In this document: positions 23,101 through 34,005 of the stretch, one piece after another
Layout: each line of letters starts with the position of its first letter
Numbering within the stretch: position 1 is the stretch's first letter
Assembly (NCBI GenBank): GCA_009602735.1
Contig: WELA01000640.1
Span: 36,594 to 72,495 of the forward strand
Length of the DNA: 35,902 nt
Source of the DNA: Mesotaenium endlicherianum
Lineage: Eukaryota
Reading direction: 5' to 3'
Translations under genes and position numbers: made by a program
The notes under the pieces: model-generated
What the model was told of the DNA's origin: nothing
The model's input: the letters and a program-made list of their open reading frames with translations, nothing else
The model's database searches: none

Positions 23101-26100
23101 TGTCACCCTGTCAGCGTCAGCCTGCCTTGGGAAGCCGCCAACCGGTGGCAGGGATCCGTGCAGCAGTCCGGGAGGAGGGCAGGCTGGCAGAGAGGGAGAT
23201 GGATGATACTGGCGGCCAGAAGATTCTTGCGTTTCCCTTCTTCTCTAGTGAAGACCCCTCCATGAAGTGCAGAGCAGAAAGTAACCTTGAGCTTGCAGGA
23301 GCTTCGAGGGAACTCTCAGGCAGAGGTTAGCCAAACCCTTCACATATGTCAGGGATATTGAAATTTGTTCCAGGCACAGTTAAGGAGGATAAGACGGGGC
23401 GGGGGGGGGNNNNNNNNNNNNNNNNNNNNNNNNNNNNNNNNNNNNNNNNNNNNNNNNNNNNNNNNNNNNNNNNNNNNNNNNNNNNNNNNNNNNNNNNNNN
23501 NNNNNNNNNNNNNNNNNNNNNNNNNNNNNNNNNNNNNNNNNNNNNNNNNNNNNNNNNNNNNNNNNNNNNNNNNNNNNNNNNNNNNNNNNNNNNNNNNNNN
23601 NNNNNNNNNNNNNNNNNNNNNNNNNNNNNNNNNNNNNNNNNNNNNNNNNNNNNNNNNNNNNNNNNNNNNNNNNNNNNNNNNNNNNNNNNNNNNNNNNNNN
23701 NNNNNNNNNNNNNNNNNNNNNNNNNGGGGGGGGGGGTGACAGGTGGTGCGTACCGGCTGGCGGGATAGTCGTGGGCGAGCACCGACAGGATGGTGCAGGC
23801 GGTGGTGAGCGGCGGCTCCTTGCTGGCGTCGGCCGTCGTGATGAACACGTCGACCTGCGGCAGCTTGGCGCCTCTCTCGTCGTATCTGCAGGAAGTGTCA
23901 CGTGTGTGCGTAGACGCAAGTCAGGGGGACGCGGGCGCCGGCAGCAAGGCACATGTCACCTTCTCAGCACTGCTCAGCCAGTGATGGAGCTGAGAGGGAG
24001 GAGCTGTCTTGCTTCTCTGGAGACTCTCATCAAATGCTCGCTTCTATAAAATACGGCTGAAATTTCGTGTGCCCAGGGGCCAGAGAACGGCTGGGCTTGC
24101 TGAAACAAGCACTCTAGGTTGGAGGGGCGATGTGGGGGGCAGGAAAGGAGACGGGGAAAGGGAGAGCATCTCAAAGATGGAAAAAGATTGAGGGAGGGCA
24201 GATGAGGGGGCAAGAGCAGGGGGGATCGCAAGGGAGTTGAGGAGGGGCGGGATGGGCGTCCTTACATGGCATACAGCCGCTCCTTGTAGGTCTCCCTCAT
24301 GACAGGTGTCAGCTTGGGAAGCGTGTCGAGCACCCAGGACACGGCAAACCTGTTGGCATGCAACGATTTCGTCAGGAGGTACTTGGTTAGCCAATTATCA
24401 CCCATTTGTGAGCTGAGCCTATCAATCGTAGGTAGTATGACAGAACCAGATGTATCTACATGTCTTGAATGCATAGTACTTACCCACATGCAGAATGTGC
24501 GTACGCATACATATGCAGAATGAGCGCGTGCATGCAGTTCGATTCACAGTGCGCATATTCATATATATAATTGGAGTATATATATGCAAACGCGTGATTC
24601 ATGCAGTAATCCAGCGGTGATCTGATGATTCTCACAACGGTGGCATTGCACGCCATGGCTCAAGAATGTCTCGAGAGAATGCTGCTAGTCAGGTCGAGCT
24701 GTGGCTGCAAAAAGGCACCTGTTCCCCGGAGGCAAAAGAGAGAGATGACAGGAATGAAGCGCCAGGGAGGAGGCCTGTGAGGGAAACAACTCAGAGGAGC
24801 TGGCAACGGAGTGACGCACCAGATCTCGCAGACAAGGGACATGATCCACAGCCAGAACCCGCTGTCGACAGGTGTCTTCACGCGCCACTGGATGAACGCC
24901 AGCAGGGCGAGGAAGCGGATCACGACAAAGATCCTGCGCGCATGCTCGGCAAAGCGGCGGTGCGCAGACGAGCGCAGTTTGCGGGCAGGTGGCGAGAGTC
25001 AATGTCTGACAGGTGTCGTCGCCTCGAGACTTGAGACTCGTCACTGGCTGACGCTGCACAATGCGTCCTGGGCAGGCGTCCCCTCCCCGGGGAGGATCTG
25101 CCGGGTGCTAGAGAATATTCTCCCAAGTGTCCCTGCTTCTAGACTTCCAGAAACACTGAGCCTGGGCGCATGCCATTGGCTGGAGGGCAGCTGAAAAGAA
25201 CTTAGAAGTGGCAGTCTATCATCACATGATGGTCCCGGGTCTTCTACTCTGTTCACTCCATGCATACGTTTAAATTATGAAACTTCTTGCATTCAGAGAT
25301 ACATGTTCACGCACACACATGCACCTAAACACACACACATACACGCAGGCACACACACAAGACATGCACGCAAACACGCACATACACGCACACACACACA
25401 CACGCTTGTTGGCGATGCATGCGGAAAAAGTGCGCGCTTGCTCAGTGGAGAGACTAGTCTCTTCTTGCGAGCGCCCGCTGGAACTGACAGGCATGTGCGT
25501 GCACTTGGGCACCTACCTGTAGGGCCCGATCGTGCTCCCCGGGTAGTTCAACTTGCGAGACAGCCCCCTCTTGGTTACATCAGGCCTGCAGCCCTCATTC
25601 ACTCACGCACACACCCTTGCACACGCCACAGAAGTCAGCAGGCAGCAGGCAGCCGCCTGTCTAGCTATCACACACGTGCACGCAGACAGATACACACACA
25701 CGCACACACATGCACGCACACACACACACACACAGGCAAGCATGTGGCGGCAGTAGAGCTTTAGCACATCCACAGCGTTTTTGCACAACACCACCTGTAG
25801 CAGGATTGTAGCATGAAGTCCGCAGCATACATCTGAAACGCATCCGCTGGCATCTGGAGTACGCAGATTTGTAGCACAGTTGACAAAGGACCGAGCACCG
25901 TCATCATCCCAGAGCTACTCAGCCCCAGCTGGCAGCAAGCTTGGCCAAGCTGGGTTCATATCTCCAAGCACAAACACCGAGCAGGACGTGAGCCCACGAT
26001 TGATGGCACTGCCAGCCACTGGCAATGTTTTATTCTGCTATTTGGAAATCACGCAATTTGAGAACAAGTGTGAAGGAGGAGGGGGAGGAGGAGGAGGGGG

Positions 26101-29100
26101 ACGGGGAGGAGAAGGAGGAGAGTGAGGGCAGAGGGTGGGGAGGCTCACGCGGGGACGGTGCGCTCCGGCTGCTTCTCGGGCGGGTGCTGCCAGGCGGCGC
26201 TGCCATACCCATAGTCCGCCAGGCTCACCGGCACCATCTCCCCACCGTGGCCTGACGGAACCATCTGCACTCCAGAGCCACCCCAGTCCCACGGCTGATG
26301 GTCAGCATCACGCGGGCGTTACATGTGTGGGGGGTACGTGAGGACAAGCCTGCTCAGCGAGCAAGGACATGCCTGCTCAGGGAGGGAGGACAAGCCAGCT
26401 CAGCAGGGACATGCCAGATCAGCAAGCAACCACATATACCAATTCGGCTCAATGGCGCCACCTGGAATCCCCAAGGCTTGCGGTGAGGAAGAAATGTGCG
26501 GAGAAGGACAGGACAACGGACAAGTTGCCCTGGGCTGGCCAGTCTTTTTAAGCTTGCAAAAGAGGGGGCTGCATGTGTGCCTTTGCTCTTGCGGAAGCGG
26601 TAACAGCATCACAAAGATAAGAGTGTCGATCGCTGCCCACGGTGGGTACTGGGGCACATGGATCTCTGTCTCGCAAAAGCTTTGATCTCCTGCCTTTATG
26701 AACAGAGGCTTGCCGCAAGGGACATTGGCGGGCAGCACCAGCTGGCAGCCGAGGACGGAGGATCATGGCTCGTGTATGCACCAGCGTCTTGCAAATGGGG
26801 GGCATGGAGATCAGAATATCATTCTGTCAAACTCTAAGCCGCCTACTTGACAGCTGGCGGATGGGCAGGTCTCACGCACGCTTGGCCCTCCTCGAACGCA
26901 GTAGCAGCAGCAGCAGCAGCAATGCTGTGAGCAGCAGCAGCAGCAGCACACAGAGCAGAAGCACGAAGAAACGTGTCCAGGCGTCAGGTGCCAGGTGGCA
27001 GACCTGCAGGCTGTTCTTGCGGGAGGCGTTGACAAGCTCGCCGCTCTTGAGGCGCTTGGAGGACGGCCTGGCGCCATCTTTGCCTATAAAGGACTGGCGG
27101 GGCGTGTCGACGTCGGACAGCACGCGCTGCATCAGTGCCCCTGCATTCCGGCTCGTGTGCCACGTGGCAGCAGCGCGAGACAGGGGAACGGGAGGCGGAA
27201 AAGGCGAGTGTAAGACACCTGTTGCTTGCTCTTGCAACCCTTTGCTCTTTGTCCTTCAATGTCCTTCGATCGTTCTACTGTTACCTCAAGGACAAGCATC
27301 CAGACATGCATGAGAAACTGGCTGGAAGAGCCAGCACAGCGTACAACCAGAGAGAACCTGGTTCTGGTGCTGGAATTCTAGACCACTCTTTTTATCAGTT
27401 GAATAACCTGCCAGCTTGTAGAGAGTGCAGGTCGGACAAACGGGTGGATTTTGCAGCAGGATTTCTGCCGAGGAGCAACAGAGGGGCAAGGCGGCAGCCG
27501 CGGAAAGAGAGGGGTCCAGAAGAAGAGAAAAGGAGGGGGGGGAAAGAGGGGGTCTGCCAACTCACATTGTTCCTGGTCCACCATGTTCGTGTGGCATCCA
27601 GGGCACTCGTTGTCCTCACAGTCCTTGATGTAGTTGATGCACGTGCGGCAGAAGCGCCAGGTACACTCGCACGGAATGAGCTCCTCCTCGGCCGGTGTCA
27701 GTGCCAGATGGCACCAGCTGCAGGCGGGCACCTTGGAGCTGCTGTCGTACTGCACCCGCGCGTCGCATTTGCATTCCCGTATGCAAGCACGCGTGCAAGC
27801 ACAGACGTGGGCTCGAGCATAAGCACGAGCACGAGCACGAGGCGCAAGAGGACGGGTCACCAAGAGCATGCCAGTTAAACTCTGCCCAGCACGCCACCTG
27901 GACTCTGGCAAAAATGCCGCCTGGCTGCTGCCATGGGGCTCCTTTTTTGCAAGCAAGAAGCAATTACTAAGAAAGTGGGGCGCAAGGGCCCACAATGTCT
28001 GCCAGATGTCTGCCAGATGTCTCTGCGCAGAGAGCCTACTGCCCCTGTCCTCCCGCAGGAATGCTGTGCTCTTACAATCACATAGAGCCCTAACAATCGG
28101 AGGATTGGTCGGGAGGAGGGGGGGGGCGGGGACGTCAGCTGGAGTGGTGGGAGTAGGGACCGCGTGCTGGCAGTGGCGCAAGAGAGGGAAGAGCGGCCAA
28201 AGCAAGGGACCGTGCACGCAAAGGGGAGGCGCAGCCGGAGGGGGAGAGATGAGGGGCCAGGGAGGATGGCAGCGACAAGGGGCGTTGCACTGTACTCACG
28301 TCGGCGACTGACTGGTGGTTGTCAGCCAGGCGGTGGAGGTTCTTGTCACCGTGGGCCATGGTTCCCGCCAGGGGGTGCCTCTTGGGGGGCGCTCCCTTCC
28401 CCGATCCCGGCTGCTGGCTGCTGCTGCTCACACGCTGCACGCTGTTCTGCCTCATCTGCGCGCGCACATACACACACACACATACATTTAGACAGGCTCG
28501 CCTAGGCTGTGAAATAGAAAACAAGCGCATGGCCAAGTGGCAGTTAGAAGCAAGCTACAAGGAGGAGAGGCGGCTGCGGTCGCTTGTTTGCGGTGGACCG
28601 CAAGAAGGTTTGCGTTTTGCACCCCATGGATGCGTGCGCGTGCATGGGTTGCTCACACGTGCTGCATGATGTGGGTCGTGCTGGTGCTCATTGACTAATT
28701 TTAAGCGGCAGCTTCAGCTGACTGACACACAAACATGACAGCTAGAGCACATAAGTGCAATGAGCTTGCAAAAGGGAGCCGACACCTTCAATCAAAGGAG
28801 CTGGCCTGCAGACAGGTGGCAACCTACAGCACCATTCTATCCTTCACAGGGAGGCTCTATTAAAGGGTCAGCCTGCCGTGCAAGGTCATGCTGCCAGCTG
28901 GCGACAACCTGTAGCGGCAAGGTGCGAAAGTGCAAGACATACCACGTTCAGGCTGGCAAGGCGGTGAGCTGGCGACACATCAGCACTGGTCACAGCTGCA
29001 GTGTAGCTGGGCGCGCGGGTTCTGATTGGAGGCAGGCGCGACCCAGCCTGCAGGAGAAACAAACAGAAAGATGATGTCGTTGTGTCATCATCCTCTTGGA

Positions 29101-31464
29101 GATGCTTTGTGCAGTATCATACACAAATACGCATACTTTAAACGCTGTCAGAGTTAGGAGGACCAACAAACTTGCAGCCGCTTGCCCGCTTGCCCGCTTG
29201 TCAGTTGTCAAAGCAACAAAGCTACAGCCTACACACAAGCTTATATGTATGAGAGGATGTGGTGTGATTTGCTCATGATCCCAAAACCTGTAGAAACAAA
29301 GCAGAGGGTGTCAAGACCTGGGCAGAAGTGGGGCTTAAGTGAACAGCAAACAATCAGGAGTCAAAAGCCCAATAGCAGAAGAGGCAACCATCATCTGCTG
29401 CTGAAATATTAATCACGCACCCCTCTGGCGAGCTAGCGTGAAGGAGAGACCATGAAAGAAACGCTGAGCTGGCCCATTACCTCGAGGTCAATGACAGATC
29501 GGCCGCCAGAGGACGACCTGGCAGAGCGAGGGTAGTTGGCCTCCCCTTCATGACCCTCCATCATCTGAGCAAAGGTGCCTGCATGCAAGGAAAAGGAGGG
29601 AAAGCAAGCAACAGCACACAGCCTTTGTGACGATGGATCATAACATCGTGACTCTCGCTTTCCTTGATGGTTCATAGCAAAACATGTGCTTGGCTCGGGC
29701 TCTTGGCAACAGTGTGATGTGACAGCCACCACTTCAAACCTGGGAAATACTATTCACTGTGATCTAGCTGCTCTCAAATCCAGATTTAGAAGAAACATTT
29801 ATTCCTATGCAACTGATGCTTCAAACTCTTTATTCTGCAGTAATGTTTCACTTATCGCTCATGGATCCACAGAGGCCAATGCCTTGCAGTTGGTGTCATA
29901 TCAGATTGTAAATTTCCTGAGCATCAGAGCATGAAATGACCCCCCGAGAAACTACGATACGATAATAAGCAAAACTAATAATCTGGCAGGAATTTCTGGC
30001 AACCAAAACTTCCCGTCTTCACCTGTGGCCAGGTGGCACAGGCAAAGCAAGACGATTGTAAGGCTGCGGCAGTGTCAAATCAAGAAAGTACCTGTGCTGC
30101 CACCAAGCAGGCTGCCCCTGTATCTGGGCGAGGCAGGCCCCCCAGGGACTGACATGGGGAGAGGAGACGACGGCAAGTCATATGAGGGGCGTCTTGAATT
30201 GTCATTGGACCTTCAAAACATCACAGGGAATTTCTCATCAGGCATTCCTTGAAGCATTTGATAGCGCTTCTAGAACTCCACAATAAACACCAGGTGGCAT
30301 TGCCATGTTGTGCCAATGTTGGCTTCAAGTTCAAGAAATGTTGGGGAGGTCAGGGCAAGGGGAACGAAGTGGCTTTGAGATCAAAAAAATGACGGCTGTC
30401 AATCTTGCTATCTGCTTTGCTGAAACTTGACTCCGCGTATGGCTGTTGCAAAGGGGTGACCTTCTGCAGCAAGCCGCTGCGTGCCTCGCATGGGCCTCTG
30501 AACTCGCACGTAATGCCAGGACATGAAGATCTGCCCCTCTTACAATTAGATGCTAGGAACTTCTAAAGCTGCTTCCCAACATTTCATTGTGTCTCGAGGG
30601 CTGCTGGAATCTCGCATGTCTAGTGTGCCCTTTGAGCCGGCCACAAAATTTCAAATCACTGTATCTCTGGTGCAGTTATAAGCACATTCATTTTCTATTC
30701 ATTTCCTGTTACTACAACCTCATGCCTGGAATGTTCCAGAGCATGGTAGTATGAGAAGCCTAACATCGGCAAGCATGTCCCATGACCAGCTGATTTAAGA
30801 TCCACGTCTCAAGTTTAAACCTGACAAAGACTTAGGTATTGGCTGAAGGTATGACAGGTGTATTTCGTGAATACAAAAGGAGGCTCTCTATCTATGTACT
30901 ATAGACACCTTCCTCACAAGACCTGGTAGAAGTATTTTCTCACCTGAGACCATCAGCAGACCCTGCCACGTTGTACAGTGTAGCTGATGAATTAGCAGGT
31001 GTCATGCCTCCGTGGGGGACTTGGACTGCTTCAGAGGTCCCATTGACAGGTGCCATGGTTGTCGAATTGCGGCGACTCCCATTGTTTTCCGCAGTAGGAG
31101 GCATAGGAGGTAACATACTGCTTCCAATCTGCAATTAAGAAACAGCTTTAGTATGCTTAGAAGTCTGGTACAAGAGCATCTAACAGGGAGGTCAGAATAG
31201 TGCGTTGCCTGTTCTGGCTGCTTATAGTAGCATAAATCATTTTAGAGCATCCCTTCAAAAGATGTATCTAATTGGAGCTGTGTAGTAGCTGTTACTGTTC
31301 TCTATAATTGAGTCCTCTTTCCTCAAGTGCCAGTTTCATGAGTGCAGAACACTTTCTAAATCTTTTTGTGTATTCTCCTTAGCTGCTACAACTTGGGGGT
31401 TTCCATCACTCACCCGGCTAGTGGGACCCCCGCCAGGTCCTGAACCTGAGTTCCCATCTGGCAT
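16895..31464 (-). CDS. Cellulose synthase superfamily GT2 glycosyltransferase (CesA/CslD-like) with N-terminal RING-type Zn finger
   Basis: 23 phase-consistent exons (transcript order): 31464-31414, 31128-30944, 30210-30092, 29578-29481, 29047-28943, 28455-28300, 27749-27566 (Zn finger CSWC..PCEC..FCRTC..CPGC), 27140-27004, 26264-26149 (YGYGSAAW), 25585-25517 (LSRK..PYR), 24933-24820, 24349-24266, 23885-23754 (KEPP), 23055-22848 (SDDG), 22228-22091, 21603-21385 ([12 protein letters not shown]), 21101-20907 (VQFPQRF, YVGTG), 20426-20295, 19968-19654 (TED), 19083-18944 (QVERW), 18405-18303, 17968-17599 ([14 protein letters not shown]), 17079-16895. Total 3555 nt = 1184 aa + stop. The core from 27749 down is strongly supported by family motifs. 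The six 5' exons rest only on splice signals and phase consistency. Confidence 0.93.
17087..17177. repeat. Poly-C tract of about 91 nt (poly-G on the pre-mRNA) just before the last acceptor of the GT2 gene
   Basis: Direct reading; bounded by an N at 17178, so the length is unreliable. Confidence 0.85.
26341..26422. repeat. Minisatellite: four copies of a 17-mer (RGGACAWGCCWGMTCAG) with 6, 6 and 2 nt spacers
   Basis: Copies at 26341-26357, 26364-26380, 26387-26403, 26406-26422, inside a GT2-gene intron. Confidence 0.85.
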
Positions 31465-32199
31465 GGTTGCTGACGATGATACTTGTAAAGAAGTCCGAGG
31501 CAGTCAGAAGTATGCTACCTCCAATACAGCTGTATGATAGTCCGATACAAAGTCCTTACTTTTCAAATTCACCAAATTTATGATGCCTCATCTGCTCAAA
31601 ATGATAGGTATCCTGAGAGCCAGCGAATCTCTAGGAATATATGGCGACAGTGTCTGTGCTTATTTTCCAAGAGGTATTCCGACTCAGCCCCATGTTCAGA
31701 ACTTGAGATTCAGGTCCCCAAACGCTGGGTGACGGAAATGATAATTGCTTCCTCAAATTCATTCGAGGTACTCTGTAAATGTGATAAATCTTTGCCTGTT
31801 GACATAAAATGACACGCCCATTTGAGCTCCCTTGAAGATGTACTTATTCTGCTACCTTGAGTACTCAAAACGGTCCTGAAAGTTGTCCCTTGCAGCCAGG
31901 TGTTTGTTGACTTAAAGATCGTGTCCGCTTCAGCTGAGCTTCACACGAGGTAAAGGTCCTAGCTGATCCTATAACCACTTCCTGCGCACAGATATTACGA
32001 CGCTTCCTTCTGCTCCCTTTGGTCGCCGGAAGTCGCACGAGCTCTACCAAGCGTTGCAATGTCGTCTTTAAATCTTTTGAGTACGTTTCATTGCGCTTCA
32101 CGGTGTCCGTCGTTTCCACACTTCACGGATTCTTTCAGGACCGTTCAAAGAAGCTACGAGGAGAGGCGATTCCCTTTTTGAGGGGGTATCCGTTGGAGT

Positions 32200-32700
32200 A
32201 ATCTGGACCAATTTGGGCAAAATAATGGACAAAATTGGGCAATATTGGGCAATATTGGGTGAGATATATGGCCTTGATACCGATGTCAATAATCACACTT
32301 GGGCACTGTGGGCACCAGTGTGCACCATACTTGCCAATCTGCAACTACTTGCAAGCTGATCGGTGACATTGTTGGGCTTGGAAGGTGTCCTCGGAAGATT
32401 TTATTGACCTTATCAGTCCTTCCTTGTTGAAGAGTCGCTGACCAGTTATGACCTGCAATGACCAAGCTTGTCAATCATTGTCTCTAATCCAATCCAATTC
32501 AATCAGCCCAGAAAACCTGAACTGGCCCCGAACTGGCCTGTATTAAAGTTTCCCGACTTGTCCGCGACCGTTAACAATCTACGAGTATTTATTATTCGCG
32601 GAAATACAAGTCGGGAACTATAATTTAGGCCCAGGACGTGCGGGATGTGCTCGCCCTGGGAGTCGGGAGCAGTCGGGAGTGTGCTAGACTGCCCCTAGCT
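32200..32700. promoter_or_regulatory. Putative bidirectional promoter region between the CesA/CslD-like gene and mitochondrial IF2
   Basis: Lies between divergent starts (31464 minus, 33043 plus). Relatively AT-rich. Site II-like TGGGCY at 32373-32378, 32505-32510 (reverse) and 32628-32633 (reverse), plus five TGGGCA copies in 32214-32314. Transcription starts not determined. Confidence 0.4.
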
Positions 32701-33042
32701 ATAGATGAAATATGCTGCTACTACTGTGATCTTTTTTATATGCAACCTGTCATTATCAACTCTGCAGAGTTGTGTAGTGTCATGTGATATTTAGTGAATG
32801 AAACTTCTCCGTATGCGACCACCAACCTCTTTACATGGTCGCAGAAAGCTCTTTTGTAACCCAAATTTCTGCAAGGAAAGACGCATATTCAGGCAAGTCT
32901 TTCTAACTTGATTGAAGCTATTAAAAACATGTGGGTGAGTTTCTGTCTGCCGATTGGGGTGCTGTCAAGTAATGATAGAGCTTGGGCTGGTATAACAGGG
33001 GAAGGAAGGTGGTGAGACTCCCATTTTTAACTGCAACTGTGC

Positions 33043-33969
33043 ATGGCTTGGCGCGCTTGGCGCCACGTGTCTAGGCTTCGCACTTATAGAAAAGAAGGTG
33101 GTCTTTGTCAGCCAGCAGGTTCTAGATCCACGTTGATTCCCAGCTCCTTTGTTGACGGTGGGACTGAGCTGCAGACGACCGACCCTGTAGGATGTCTTCA
33201 GATTGCAGCAGATATACAGCTCAAAGAGCCTCACTTCGTATCAGCCTCCCTGTCGACTGAACCCCATGCCTTTAGCTTTCTCCAAGACGAAACAGCAGAG
33301 GAGTCCCATGTGCTTTCTCAGAGGTGGTCTGAAGTAGCGGAGTCTCGAGAAAAGCATCCCCGTGGGTTCCTAGCTGGAGCAGCTCAACCTGTCCTTGGGA
33401 GGCCTAACCTGGGCTGTCGTTGGGGGGGTGCCACCCTGCACATAAGATGCTCTGCGGAGGCCAACTCTTGGCAGCCTGACTTTCTCTGCAGTCTCCCAAA
33501 GCCGTCGCAGAGGCAACACGGCAGAGGGTTTGCCACAAAGGTTAGGGGGAGGTCAGGGAGGGTGGGCTTGGGAGGTCAGGAGATCAAGAGGAGGAGACCA
33601 TCTGGGGAGCCCAAGGCGGCTCCCACAGATGCACCCTATGTGCCAACTGCAGCTGCAGTTGTGCCTACCCTCAAGGAGGTACAACTGCCAGAGAAGGTGA
33701 CCCTGCGCCAGCTGGGAGCTCTCCTCGGGCAGAAGCTGGATGCTGTCCAGGGCGCTCTCGTCTCCCTGGGGGAGACCTGCAGCTCCCCCGATGCTTACGT
33801 CAGCGCTGACGCTGCAGAGCTCGTTGCGATCGTACGCTCCAACTCCTGGACCCCCCTGATACTTCTCCTCCTCCTCACTCCAACTTCTCTTCATCCTTTT
33901 GTCTACTGTTGAGATCATGTTATTATCACGTGCCTGTGTACATGCACACATACACTCACCCACGCACAC

Positions 33970-34005
<36 letters not shown>

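Noticed and set aside
26341..26422. CRISPR-like repeat-spacer appearance
   Set aside because: Spacers are only 2-6 nt, repeats are 17 nt, the context is a eukaryotic intron, and there are no cas genes.
28300..28359. ATG at 28359 (MAHGDK) as the GT2 start codon
   Set aside because: The context is good, but the frame is open to a phase-0 acceptor at 28456 that links to five further upstream exons, so it is probably an internal Met.
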